Positions 1-14,989 of a stretch of DNA of 64,000 nt are shown here, piece by piece. The notes under the pieces are model-generated. The model saw nothing but the letters and a program-made list of their open reading frames with translations. It did no database searches and had not been told where the DNA came from. Source of the stretch: the human T2T-CHM13v2.0 reference genome, Homo sapiens; NCBI RefSeq assembly GCF_009914755.1, contig NC_060925.1, one strand, 5' to 3'. The stretch's first letter is position 1. Every line of letters begins with the position of its first letter. Made by a program: the position numbers and the translations under genes.

Positions 1-399
1 TTCATTACAATGTCGCTAAAACAGCATAATGTTTATAAAGCTTATAATGTTCATAAAGTCCAGGGCACAATTTAGCAACAGAAAATACACAAAAGGTCAG
101 TTAGTTTCTAAAGTCAAATTTTATCCACAAATCCTATAACTTGGTTTAAAATGTCATCAGCTAATCATTGCTTTCACATAAAATCACTGGTCCATCTACA
201 CGGAAAGGGTGGCACCTGAGGCCATACTGTCCATCTAACACACGGATCCCTCCAGGACATCTTTCCTAAGAGATGGTCACATTTGTCTCTTCCTCGTATG
301 TGCAATCACTATGTGTGGGCATTGTTTCAGCCATGGGAACATGGGGAGAACATTCCAGAAAATAGCCGCTACTTATGAAGCAAATACTCTATTCTGAAC

Positions 400-760
400 C
401 CTTCAAATGACATGAAGCTTACTGCTCTGTGAGCAACTCCCTTTAGACTGCTGGTTTCTTGTCTGTGAGCTCTGTTAAAAGCAGCCAAAGTATCTCATTG
501 CAACTTTCAAACTTTTTAAATGTTTCCTCTGAAATGACCCGAACTTAACACAACATTCAAGATATGGTCCAATACACAAAATAGTGGGAGCAATTACCCA
601 AATGCTTATTAATGCAGCTTAAAAATTTATCTATTTTTAGCAGCCCCATCACACCAATCATTCATGTGAGCAGGTGGTAAACGCAAACCTCCAGGTGTTA
701 TTCATTTATTTCTTAATGAACTGCTGCCAGGTCCATTCTCCCAGGTGTAGCCTCAAAAAA
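400..760 (-). mobile_element. L3/CR1 LINE fragment (highly diverged)
   Basis: gaacttaacacaacattcaagatatggtc...ttattaatgcagcttaa...tttttagcagccccatcacac resembles reverse L3 ORF2. Confidence 0.5.
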
Positions 761-1138
761 TCGATTTTTTTTCACCCTGACTTAAGGTTTTGGCTACAAA
801 GAAACATAATACAGGGAACATCTGCAAACTTGAAGGAAACCTATAGGTATTCCAAAGGCTTTTGGTTATGCCAATGCTTGCCACAATGATTTCTGAAGGA
901 ATAAGAAACGTTGCTGAGAAAGTAGAAAACAGAAAGAGATCAGCAAAGGAAAACAGCACCTGAATCACTCAGAACACACACTATCCAAAGCCACTAATGA
1001 ACACTGGCTAGACCTTCAAAAGGCAAATCATTTACCTATTTGCTGTTTGCAACCAAATGGGATTAGTACTGACATTATTTCCCTTTAGAGTCAGGGGTAG
1101 AAGCAGCAAGTAAACTATTTTAAAAGATGAAAGGTGGG

Positions 1139-2302
<1,164 letters not shown>

Positions 2303-2939
2303 TATTGTGTACTGATAATGGCTAAGGTAACTATTACAAACATAAAAAGCTCCAGTGACATTAAGCATACATAAACAAAGATCTGGTTTTAAGAAGAGCT
2401 GATCCAGAAGCAGGCAAAAAAAAAAAAAAAAAAGATATTCAATGAAAACATAGACTAAAAGTTAATTGTCTACTTCAGACTACTAAACTAAGTAGTATAC
2501 TGTCACTATATTAAGCTGGCATTAGTGATTACTGGACCCATGGCAGTAGATCCAATGGAAAATGCATTTTTAAACTTAAAACTAAATCATTTTGGAATAC
2601 TCTCAGTTGCAGTTAGTTAACCATGCTGACAATAACTTTCGTTTTTCCCTCAATGGGCCAAATGCATCATAAGCCAAATGCATTAAGAAAAATATTAACA
2701 AAGCACACAAAAATACAACAGTCATAAGACAAAAGCTTCCTTCTTATAACACATTTCAAAAAGTTACTTGCAAAAATACTCAATTCTATATTTGGTATTT
2801 GATGAGCCCCATAACAAGATCCAAAAGAATTTCAAATTATTGTAGGGAGTACAAAAGTAAATACATAAAACTACCTTTTATGGTAAGATAGAGAGCCCCA
2901 GATTAAGAAAATCAAATCACTAATTCTAATACATGACAA

Positions 2940-3200
2940 CATAAAATGATCATATGTGTACTGCTCTCATACTCAGCAGGTGCCACAAGGACAGAAAACA
3001 GAGCCATGGCTGCCAGGGGCTGGAAGGGAGAGCAAAGGGCCAACTACAGAGGAGGCATGGGAGAACGTTCTGAGGTCACAAAGCTATTCTACACTGATTG
3101 TGGCAATGGTAACACCATATTTACTTCTCAAAACTCTCAGAAGTGCACATTTTAGAAAAGTAAATTTTACTGTACATAAAATATACCTTCAGTTTTAAAA
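2940..3200 (+). mobile_element. Old L1 (L1ME-type) 3'UTR fragment
   Basis: acagaaaacagagccatggctgccagggg...aaaactctcagaagtgcacattt...ttttactgtacataaaatatacct. Confidence 0.7.
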
Positions 3201-3399
3201 ACTGGAGGGAGGCAGAGTCGATGGGGGGAAGGGCCAGTGGTCCTTGCAAATGGACGGGGCCTTCTGCACAGACAGACGCCATGACCATTTCACTCCCCCA
3301 CAGCCTGTCAGTGGGGACAGTACCTATTCCTCAAGTCATCATCCTTCTCTCTCATTACTGTTTCCTTAATTACTATTTAATCCTCAATCTGCATCAAAC

Positions 3400-4040
3400 T
3401 TTCTGCCATGCTATAGCTCCACTCAAGTTCTTGTTGCCAAATTCAACTATCTTCCAGGTCTCCTCCTGCCGGAGCTGTCTGCTATATGACACTAGTGGCC
3501 ACTCACTTCTTGGCTGGGGCCCTCTACTCCTCCACTACTATGGCATCTCCCTTCCAGGTGAGATTGCTTTCTGGTCTTTCATTCTGGGTGTCTGGCATGG
3601 CTCCTCCTCTGGCCTCTCCTTACAGCATGAGTGTTTCTCAAGACTCCAGCTTGATTCTGTCTCTGTCTTTATACTTATATGAATGTCTATCTTCTATCTT
3701 TCCAACTACTTACCCATCTTCTCCTTTACATTCCTCAGTGATATCATCCCAAGCTTCCTCCAGGCTCTTCTCTCACAAATCCCCTGACTCACAAAGGTCT
3801 AGGGAAGCACACTCCACCGTTCATGGAACCAATCCTGCTCCCTCTGCCTGGAATGTCTTCCACTTTTCTTCACTTGACATTCTTCTTACTCATGATTCAA
3901 GACTCAATCCAAACATCATTTCCACTGGAAATACTCCCCTCACCTCCAAAAAGGCCAAATCCTTCCAATTTTGCATCCCAAGGCCCTAGTGTTGTAGTGC
4001 CTAATAAATGACAGGTGCCTAATAAACTGTTCTTGAATCA
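3400..4040 (+). mobile_element. L2 LINE fragments
   Basis: Pyrimidine-rich L2-like sequence (ccctctgcctggaatg) ending in an L2 3' end (caggtgcctaataaactgttcttgaat). Confidence 0.6.
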
Positions 4041-4284
4041 CTGACCTAAAAGTAGACTCCTCTGGTATTGTCCAAAAGTAATGGTTATATCTGACCTCAA
4101 GCAGGAATATCGAAATAAAAACAAGGAGGTAGCTCATTTCATGCCAGGAAGTGATAAGACAGTGTGAAGCATCTTGGAGGCTGCAGCAGGCATTTCTCTC
4201 AGTGACCGGAGCAATACAATTTCTTGAAGTATTTATAAAACTGAGAACTTATATATCTATTGGAACTTACATGGCAAGAGACCT

Positions 4285-4790
4285 ATCATGTCCTACCGCT
4301 GTAACAAATTTCCAAATTTCTAAAAACTTCTGGCTTAAAACAACTCCATTTACTGCACACAGCTCTGGAGCTCAGAAGTCAGTTTCAATAAGCAAAAATC
4401 AAGGTTCTGGAGTGACTGCATTCCCCTGGGCAGCTCTAGAGGAAAAATCCATTTCCTTGCCTTCTCCAGCTTCTAGACCTACATTCGTTACGTTTCTTGG
4501 CTCATGGCCCTTCCTCCATCTTCACAGCAAGCAGTCTAGCATCTTGTTTCAGTGGTCACATTGCCTTTCTCTTCTGTAGTCAAATTTCCCTCTGTTTTCC
4601 TCCTTATAAGGACACCTGTGATTGCATTTAGGTCCCAGCCAGGTCCCGCCTGGATAATCCAGGATATCTCCCTATCTCAAGATCCCTAACTTAACCACAA
4701 CTGCAAAGTCTCTTTTGCCATGAGGGAGTGTACACAAATTCCAGGGATTAGGACCTGGACACCTCTGGAGTCCATTATTTAGCCTTCCAA
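4285..4790 (-). mobile_element. MaLR LTR (MLT1C/D-like)
   Basis: gctgtaacaaat...ggcttaaaacaac...aggacacctgtgattgcatttagg...ggataatccaggat...ccagggattaggacctggaca. Confidence 0.85.
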
Positions 4791-5847
4791 ATATACTTAA
4801 TCCACTTTAATTCACTTATTCAAATGTTGAACAGTGGATGTCTCAACTGTGTGCCAGAAACTGATAAATACTGGGGATACAAACATAGCCTGCTTCAAAA
4901 TGTTTTAGTGCCGTGGGGGTAATAATATAGGAAAGAGACAAAAATTACACTCATCAATTGCCCTACTTTCCCTGGAGACACAGTAACATTGAAATTAGGC
5001 CAGATAATAACCCTACAATGGCCCCTAAGAGTTAAAATGAAAGAAGAGTCACACCTGTTTCACTCTAAATGAAAAGCTAAAAACGATTACGCTTAGTGAG
5101 GAAGGCATGTCAATAGCTGAGACAGGCTGAAAGCTAGGCCTCTTGAACCAAACAGTGAACCAAGTAGTGAATGCAAAGAAAAAGTTCTTGAAAGAAAGTA
5201 AAAGTGCCACTTCAGAGAACACACGATTAAGAAGCAAAACAGCCTTACTGCTGATATGAAGAAAGTCAGAGTGGTCTGGATAGAAGACAAAAGCAGTTAC
5301 AACACTCCCTTAAGCAAAAGCCTAATCCAGAGCAAGGCCCTATCTCTCTTCAATTCTATGAAGGCTGACAGAGGTGAGGAAGGTGCAGAAGAAAAACTGG
5401 AAGCTAGCAGAGGCTGGTTCATGAGGTTTAAGGTAAGAAGCTATCTCCACGCGGTAAGTGCAAGGTGAAGTAGCAAGTGCTGACGGAGTGAAGCTATACC
5501 AAGTTAGCCAGCAAGTTATTTAGGTAAGATAACAGATGACAGTGGCTACGATAAACAACACACTTTCAATACAGATGAAACAGCCTTCTAATAAAAGAAG
5601 ATGCCATCCAGAATTTTCATAGCTAGAGAGAGGATGTCAATGCCTAGTTTCAAAGCTTCAAAGGATAGGCTTGACTCTCTTGCTAGTGGCTAACACAGCT
5701 GGTGGCTTTAAGTTGAAGCCAATGCTTATTGATCATTTGGAAAACCCTAGGGCCCTTAAGAATTATGCCAAACTACTCTCCCTGTGCTCTAACAGCAGAA
5801 CAAAGCCTAGATGACAGCACATCTGTTTACAGTATGGTTTACTGACT

Positions 5848-5965
5848 TTTTTTTTTTTGAGACGGAGTCTCGCTCTGTTGCCCAGGCTGGAGTACAGTGG
5901 CACGATCTTGGCTCACTGCAAACTCCACCTCCCGGGCTGACGCCATTCTCCTGCCTCAGCCTCCC
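5848..5965 (-). mobile_element. 5'-truncated AluY-like insertion in Tigger1
   Basis: Poly-T plus partial right arm; perfect 13-bp TSD TGGTTTACTGACT at 5835-5847 and 5966-5978. Confidence 0.9.
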
Positions 5966-6910
5966 TGGTTTACTGACTGTTTTAAGCCCACTGTTGAGTA
6001 CTAGTTCTGAGACAAAAAACATTCCTTTCAAAATATTACTGCTTATTGACAACGCATCTCATCACCCAAGAGCTCTGACAGAAATATATAAGGAGATTAC
6101 TGTTGTTTTCATGCCTGCTAACACCACATTCATTCTGTAGCCCATGAATCAGAGTATTTCTGGCTTTTAAGTCTTATTATTTAAGAAATACATTTTGTAA
6201 GGCTATAGCCGCCATACATAGAGATTCCTCTGATGGATTTGGGCAGATAAAATTGGAAACCTGGAAGGGATTCATCATTCCAGATGCCATTAAGAACGTT
6301 TATGATTCATGAGAGGATGTTAAAATATAAACTTAACAGAAATTTAGAAGGTGGCTCCAACCCTCGTGGATGACTCTGAGGGATTCAAGAGTTCACTGGA
6401 GGAAGTATTGCAGATGTGGTAGAAATAGCAAGAGAACTAGAATTAGAAATTGAGCCTGAAGATCTGATTGAATTGCTATAATCTCATGATCAAACTTATA
6501 CAGAAGAGGAGTTGCTTTTTATGGATGAGCAAAGAAAGTGGTTTCTTTTGATGGAATCCACTCCTGGTGAAGATGCTGTGAACGTTGTTGAAATAACAAC
6601 AAAGAATTTAGAATATTGCATAAACTTGGTAGATTCAACAGTGGCAGAGTTTCCAATTTTGAAAGACGTTCTACTGTGGGTCAAATGCTATCAAATAGCA
6701 TCGTATGTTACGGAAAAATCTTTCCTAAAAAAGATTCAATCAATGTGGCAAACTTCACTGTTGTTTTAATAAATTGTCACAGCCGCCCTAACCTTCAACA
6801 CCCACCATCCTGATCAGCCAACAGCCATCAATGTGGAGGCAAGATCCTCCATCAGAAGAAAGGTTGACTTGCTGAAGGCTCGGTGATTGTTAGCACTTTT
6901 TAGCAATGAA

Positions 6911-6913
<3 letters not shown>

Positions 6914-6950
<37 letters not shown>

Positions 6951-7101
6951 TGAGACAGAGTCTCGCTCTGTCGCCCGGGCTGGAGTGCAGTGGCGCAATC
7001 TTGGCTCACTGCAAGCTCTGCCTCCCAGGTTCACGACGTTCTCCTGCCTCAGCCTCCTGAGTAGCTGGGACTACAGGCACCCACCACCACGCCCGGCTAA
7101 T
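6914..7101 (-). mobile_element. 5'-truncated AluY-like insertion (right arm) in Tigger1
   Basis: About 36-nt poly-T, gcaagctc diagnostic, TSD GCAATGAAG(T/C)ATTT at 6903-6916 and 7102-7115. Confidence 0.9.
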
Positions 7102-9708
7102 GCAATGAAGCATTTACATTAAGATATGTACACTGTTCTTTTAGATATAGCACTATCTGCATAGTAGACTACAGTATAAACAACTTTTATATGCACCGTG
7201 AAACCAAAAACATTGTGCGACTCACTTTATTACAATATTCATCATATTGATGTGGTCTGACACTGACCCTACCGCATCTCTGAGCTGTGCCTTGTTAGGC
7301 TGGTCAGGCAGGGTCCAGCCATAAGACAGGTGCATCTTCTTCTTGGGCCAGTGAGTGTCCCAGGGAAGGCACCTCCAGTCTCCTGTCTAGAAATATTGAG
7401 CCCAAATAATGGGGTGGGGCTGAGCACCTCATTGTGTTGACTTTCACTAAGTACCCACTTTAGTTAAGTGCCTTAGTCCTGCCCTTTGCTGGGCCTGTTG
7501 TTCCATTTCTCCAGAATAAATCTTATTTCCCACCTGAGAGAGGGGCAAATAGTAAACTGGCTACAGGGGGAGGAGAGAGAATCTGGCCTTTTATAAAGCA
7601 TGTAACCAGCCCTGTTTTCACTCCCCTAAGCCCTTATCCAAGGGTGCCTGGCTCTGTGGCATGGCCTGACTCACTTCTTGATGGCCTCTACCCTCTTCCC
7701 GTGACCACCCATGATGGGGGACGCAGGAGGCCGGCTCTCTCAATCTACTAGGAGTGGTCTTGCTCTTCTACCTGCTTTCATATACCCTGCCTTCCTTCGG
7801 CTGCTTCTCCCTGGAGCTTTTTTACTTTGTGGCATTATGCCCATTTTTTAAATTCCTTCACTGTCATTTTTATTGGTATTCTGGAAGGGGAAGAGATAAC
7901 ATGTTTTCAATTTGCCTTATTTAACCAGCAGTCTCAAACCCATTTACTGTGCAATGTTATAATTATAAAAAGCTTACTTACTGGTTGCCTAATCTGGGCT
8001 TTGATACTTATCACGTGCTTAACCTTGGGTTAGTTACAGACCCTTTCTTAACCTCAGAATCCTCCCGGCTCCTAATGTATCTAATCCACATAACACCATC
8101 ATTGACCTGGGAGGGGTATTATAGTTGACAGCAGGCATGTTACTGGCAAAAAAAAGAAATCAAAACAAAAGAGCGCACATAAAATAAACTGCATCATCGA
8201 GTATTTTGATTTTGAGCCCAAAACTCCGGCACAGTTCATGGGTCAGCCTGAAGGTGATTCCCACTTTTAATCTCAAAATGCTGACCCAGAATCACCTGAG
8301 AGGTTACACTGCACTCACAGAAGTCTTTTTTAAGAAGTGGTGTATATACTTCACTGAGTAATTTCTATCATAAATTATACTTTTAAAAGTTTGGGAATCT
8401 AAAATTTGTATATTCCCCTTTTTATCAAAGATGGCAGGTGAATTAAAAAAAAAATTCCCTTCATGTCTACCTTGCCAATCTATGTCACAGACCCATTTTC
8501 CTCTTTCTGTCTCACACAGACATCCACTTTCTTATTGCGAACACAGAGATGAAGTTCCTGCTGTTTACAAGCATCACACCTGCAGACTCACAGCTTTTAT
8601 GCCTCCTAACCATCTTCTAAGGGCTCACAATGCTTTTGGTTTCACCAAAGAATACAGTAGGTTACCTGGATGTGTTTCCAAAGAAATCAAAATCTTCTAT
8701 TCAATAATGTAAGACGCTGCCTAGCTTTTATAAAGGGCATCTCCACATACCATTAGGACATACAGAGACTGTGCCCCCTCCCATAACCACCAGGAGGGAA
8801 ATAGTTGCCCTTTTCAAATGATATCCTGCATCCCCCTTTCAGGAAAGACCTCCTTGTTTATCTGCATGGCAAGAGGCCCTTCCCATCTTGGGCAGAGGAC
8901 AACGAGCAAGGCTTCCCAGGGTTGTGTGCATTCAGACCCTCACCCACCCAGAGTCTGTTCTTATTCCGGGCAGAAGATTTCCATAAAATTGCTTCAAGGG
9001 TGAATCAAATGAAATCCTTCCTTGGCAGAACAGAAGGTATGAAAAGACTGTTGAGAAGCTGAATGAAAATCCACCTATCATGCAAATACAACAGGGCAAG
9101 ATAAAAAAAATCAGCTAACAAGATCGCAGTGCAGGAAATGAAGATGAGATTTAGTGCATTTCTGTGGTGCATTGTAACTGTTCAGTAAAGAAATAAATAA
9201 TAATTTTAGCTCACAGGGAAAAAAAATGGGGGCAGGGGTGGTACATTGGACCCTAGCCCAAAAGCTGTTTCTAGATACGGTGATATCTTAGAAGAGAGGT
9301 TTAAGTGGTAACTCACTAATGAATTGACCAGTTAAGGATCACAACTCTGCAGGGCCTCCTGAGGCCAGGTACGTAAAAGACATTCACTCACTGCTCTGCC
9401 TTACAGGATTTATCAAAGCTGTTAGCATCCAGTGACCACAGCACCATTTATAAGTACACCAAGGCCACAAACAACTGTGCACCTGTACCTTCCAGTCCTT
9501 TACTTTGTTAATATGCACAGCAGAAGCTAGCTTGCTATTTTGCCATAAAATGCATTTTAAAGGTTCTTTGTTCTCTCAACCACTAGTTGATCATTTAATT
9601 GCCTACTCTCTGCTGATCTGGGTTACATAGGCAGTTAAATGCTCTTTCAATTCCTATCTATGATGTATCTTCTTTCACCTTTCTCTCCAAACAATTATGT
9701 GTATTTTA

Positions 9709-10470
<762 letters not shown>

Positions 10471-10629
10471 TTAGTGTTTCCTGGATTAAATTACCGAATT
10501 TACCAGGAAGTTTTGAAAAACATAGATTTTTGTCATGTAAATTTTTGCTCTTTTGACCCAAATTTAACCAAGGTATTTGCTAAGCTTGAAAAATCCAAGG
10601 CATTACAGTGAAGACAATAATATTAAGTA

Positions 10630-10790
10630 TCTTTCACAAAAATAAACTCAGTTCATCCTGTCTACTTATGAGGAGGCACAACTATTCTTACAAACAACAC
10701 TGAGGCAGAAAGGTTAAGTGACTCGCTCAAAGTCACAATCTGGTGGGACAGTGAGGATGCAAACCCAGACAGTCCGGCTCTAGTGTTCTC
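10630..10790 (-). mobile_element. MIR
   Basis: actgaggcagaaaggttaagtgactcgctcaaagtcaca MIR core. Confidence 0.7.
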
Positions 10791-12159
10791 TCACGGAAAG
10801 CAGCTTGAGGCTAAAAAAATTCATGCAAAGGTTTAAATTACAAAAATTAATTAATACAGGAAAGTGAACACAACTTAAAGATGAGACAACAAATGTATCC
10901 TTGACATAAAAACGGTATCTTGAAAAACATGATTTCAAGGAAAGCTAGAGTGAAAAATGAAAAGACTGAAGAAGGAAGGAAGGCAGATTATTAAAGGCTT
11001 CTTTTCATAACCTGTATGGTTAGTATTTGCTCAAAAGGAAGAAGAAAACACTAGGAAAGTATGAAAGGCCTCACCACTTCAAAGAAGAGAGGTGGAGCCC
11101 ACTGATAACGGGATGGCTGTCCAGCTTTTATTTTAATTAAGTGGGACAAATAGTGAAATAAATTTTGGGTCTAAACAAATACAAAGTGTTTAAACTAAGT
11201 TTCTACATTCTTTAAGAACTAATGCTCCAAAGACCTTTACTTCCAACTTACTGTACCAGCAGCAAAATGCCAACAAGTGTTGTCAGTTAAACGCCATGCG
11301 AGTCAAACTGTAAAGAAATATTAAGTCTTATTCCTTTTCCCAGGGAAATAATAGGGCATTCGTTCTTCTTCCCCAGTAACTGACTGAAGACTTTTTGGGG
11401 CCAGAGAGTCAGTAGGTTTTGAAATAGCATACAGACAGCCCTTTGTGGGTTCCTGCAACACTGTGGTGTATGGGAACTGTGACTGTCCAGATACGGCACC
11501 TCTGCAAGAGAGAAAGCCCCGGTGTTTTCCACCGACGGCCACATGGAGCCCGTGCGACCACAGCCCTTGGTGCTGAATCTCATGTGTATCTGGGCAATTC
11601 CTCCCCATTAAGGGCGCCTGTGGGACTTGACGGGACCTCCGTTTGGGGAGGCAATACTGGCCAGGGAGAGAGGTGAAGAACTCAACCGATTATGTCTTCA
11701 GAGGGAGGAATGTGTATCGTAGAATAGTACTATTGTTAGATGGCACTCTGTTCACCCGTATGAATTTAATAGTGTCCAACTCCCTATTAATTTTCGTCAA
11801 TGACTGTATAAAATCAGAAGGAAAAAACAGCTACCAGGCATGAAATTCAAAGCAAATGCAGCCATGCATCACTCAGCAGTGAAGTTCATTTGATATGTAA
11901 AGGTGTAGGCCCGCCTACAACTGTCACATTAGTGACACTTAAGTGAGTGTGTTTGGAATGGGGTGATGGACTTCACCAGACACCTTTCCCCAGCCCTCTC
12001 TGCCATATGGTTCTACTTGTTTCTCTCTTCATCTTTGAACCACTAAAAGAAAGTATTGCCCTCTAAAGCCTGTAGCAGTGGTGTGAACAATAGTTTCTTT
12101 TTAGAGGGAAAAGTCTTACACATTTATTTAAGTAACCCTGGGAAGCAGGGGGGCATGCT

Positions 12160-12300
12160 ATTGACAAGCACTGCTCTAAGCCCTTTACAGGGGGGATTTG
12201 TATTATTATCATCCCATTTTACAGATGATTGACTAGGGCACAAAGTAGTTCAAGGATTTGCCCCAAATTGAGTTGGGATGTGAACCTCAGTGTGCACTCT
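12160..12300 (-). mobile_element. MIR
   Basis: attattatcatcccattttacagatg MIR core. Confidence 0.65.
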
Positions 12301-12769
12301 GCCTTAAGTGATGTCATTTGCCCGCCATTCACAGACCTCTATTTACCAAGAGTTGACCTCCAACTATAATTAAAATGGATGGACACTTTTACCTAATGGC
12401 AGAAAGATAATTCCCCAGCCAAAAAACGGTTAAATTGGTATCAAGAGAGGTAAGAGGGTTATTACACAAATTCTAGAAGAATCAATTTGTTCATTTAGCA
12501 GGATTTACATACAACATATTATTCTTCAGTTAAAATACTAATGATAAAAATTAGCACTGGAGGAAAGGGTGGGTTTACAAAGAGCTAGGTAAGAGAGCAG
12601 TTACCAGAAACAGTGAAGTTGGCTGCTTACAAGAATTCTATGGTCGTTCAATAAAGCAACATAAAGCTTTGTTATTTATAGGAACTACTTACAAATTCTT
12701 TCTTCTTGTCTTAAAGAAATAGATCATAATTTTAAATATATGAGCACTTATGACTTACATTTGTAAAAT

Positions 12770-13390
12770 TTTTAACTTTTTATTTCAGAATTCTTTTAGA
12801 TTTCTAGAAAAGCTGTAAATAGCAGAGTTCCCTTATACCCATCTCCCAGTTTCCCAGTTGTTAACATCTTACATTATTTTGGTACATTTGTTATGATGAA
12901 CGAATCAATACTGTTATGTTATTAACTAATGTCCATACTTTATTCAGATTTCCTTAGTTTTTAATGGAATGTCCTTTTTCTGTACAGGATTCCACCCAGG
13001 GTACCACATTCCATTTAGTTGTCATGTCCCCTAAGGCTCTTACGGTCTGTGATTTTTTTTTTTTTTCTCCGACTTTCCCTGCTTTTGATGACCTGGACAG
13101 CTTTGGGTACCAGTCAGGGATTTTGCAGAATGTCCTTCATTTGGAATTTTTCTAATGTTTTCCCCTAATTGTACTGGGGTTATAGATTTGGAGAGGAAGC
13201 CTGCAGAAGAGTCATTCATAGCCGGGGTACAAGCTACCCACAGGACTTACCACTGTTGATGGTGACCTTGGTGACCTAGGGAGGTAGTGTTTGCCAGGCT
13301 ACTCCATTGTAAAATTATTTGTCCCTGTCTTTCCATAAGATACCTTTTGCAAGTGAGTCACTAAATGCAGCCCACATCCAAGTAGGAAGG
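12770..13390 (-). mobile_element. L1MC-type 3' end fragment
   Basis: gagttcccttatacccatctcccagtttccc...gttaacatcttacatt...ggtacatttgtt; gtcatgtcccctaaggctc. Confidence 0.7.
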
Positions 13391-14673
13391 TGGTGGGACA
13401 CTGACTTAAACTCTTATAAAGATAAATTACTTTTTCAAGTAAAGATTTCTTTACAAAAATGGACATTCACTAATGTATTTGGTAAGTTGTTTTGTAGAGG
13501 TATTGCATCTACAAGGGGACAGGAAATTATGCATCTTCCCCTATTACTGTGCTTCTATCAAGCTGGTAAGTTTCTCTCTCAAGTAAAGCAAACACAGTCA
13601 TTAACTTATCTGCCCAGATCATGGCTGGTAAATACCTGGCATCTCCTCATGCATTCAGTGCAGATAACGATAATTGATAATGGCTCTTAAAATGCAGATG
13701 CAGTTCTATACATAATGACATGGAAGGGTGATCATCAAAAGCAAGTTCCACAGTAATAGCAGGAGTAAGCTCCATTTACATAAATTTATTTGCATCAGAA
13801 AAGCCTTCAAGGATAATGACGAAATGTTAATGGTGATTATAGCTGATGAATTTGGGGAGACTTTATTTCTTGCTTTTCTACATTTTCTTATTTTCCCATA
13901 ACCATCATATGACATTTATATACCATTTAAAAATTCTAAATGAAAAAAAGATATAGATTCGTCAATCTGATTCCGCATTTTCCCCCACTACATTCAGAGG
14001 AACACGCGCTCCTGTGCCAGCAGAATGGCTCTAGCAAAACAACGTTCCCGAAGGCTCAGACAATGATTTAGCCACTTTTCACTTCACTCCTGAGTCACCA
14101 CGGAGGCCCAGCTTCATCCTCCCATCTGGTTTTAACCTCTCTTTACCCAAATATTACTCACTTTGCCTCCTAGAACTATTCTGGTCTGGGTGGCATAAAG
14201 TAGGGCACAGAACCGTTTTAGAACTCCTGAGTAACCCACTAGGTGCACAACTTCTTAACAAGTTAAGGATTTCGTCACCAAGCGGGGGAGACCTCACGTG
14301 TCAACACACAGTGTCTGGGCTCTGCCACACAGTTCCAGCACTGGCCCCACTGTTGGTGGCAGTGTGCAGTGCCAAGCAGGTCCAGAAGGAGGCAAAGCCT
14401 GCTGCTCTGCTACAATGGAAACCAGACTCACTGATGCTCACATGACTGACCGTGGTCAAGCACAACTAGAATCCCTATCTAAGGGACCCTTTGTCACAGC
14501 CTGTTTCACAAATGCAAAGCTCAAAGCAGCAGCAAATGGCACATTCACAATGAGTCCCATCAGAGAAACAGTAATGTGACAAACGGCACCAATGTGTCTT
14601 CATGGTTATCGCCCGTGAAAGGAAGGGACTTATTGGGCATTCACTCTACTTGCTACTATCCTCACTGCTTTTA

Positions 14674-14989
<316 letters not shown>

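Larger units (their letters stand above)
4960..7293 (+). mobile_element. Tigger1 DNA transposon, 5'-truncated, decayed transposase, interrupted by two Alu fragments
   Basis: Transposase remnants in ORFs 5256-5468 (LIQSKAL...[11 protein letters not shown]) and 5811-6140 ([12 protein letters not shown]); degenerate 3' TIR near 7250-7293. Confidence 0.92.

Noticed and set aside
26-58. Small local duplications (also near 2657, 34350, 44044, 48164 and 50005)
   Set aside because: 9-21 bp slippage events at ordinary background frequency.
3221-3989. 153-aa and 167-aa overlapping ORFs
   Set aside because: They lie in pyrimidine-rich L2 remnants with Ser/Leu-biased composition and no splice or domain support.
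5049-6813. Transposase-like ORFs as a possible domesticated TIGD-type gene
   Set aside because: Multiple stops and frameshifts, two Alu insertions and 5' truncation indicate a dead Tigger1.
11787-11803. IDEN peptide resembling the GIDENLG motif of the next SIPA1L-family exon, as a possible duplicated exon
   Set aside because: Only a four-residue match, followed immediately by a stop with no further similarity.
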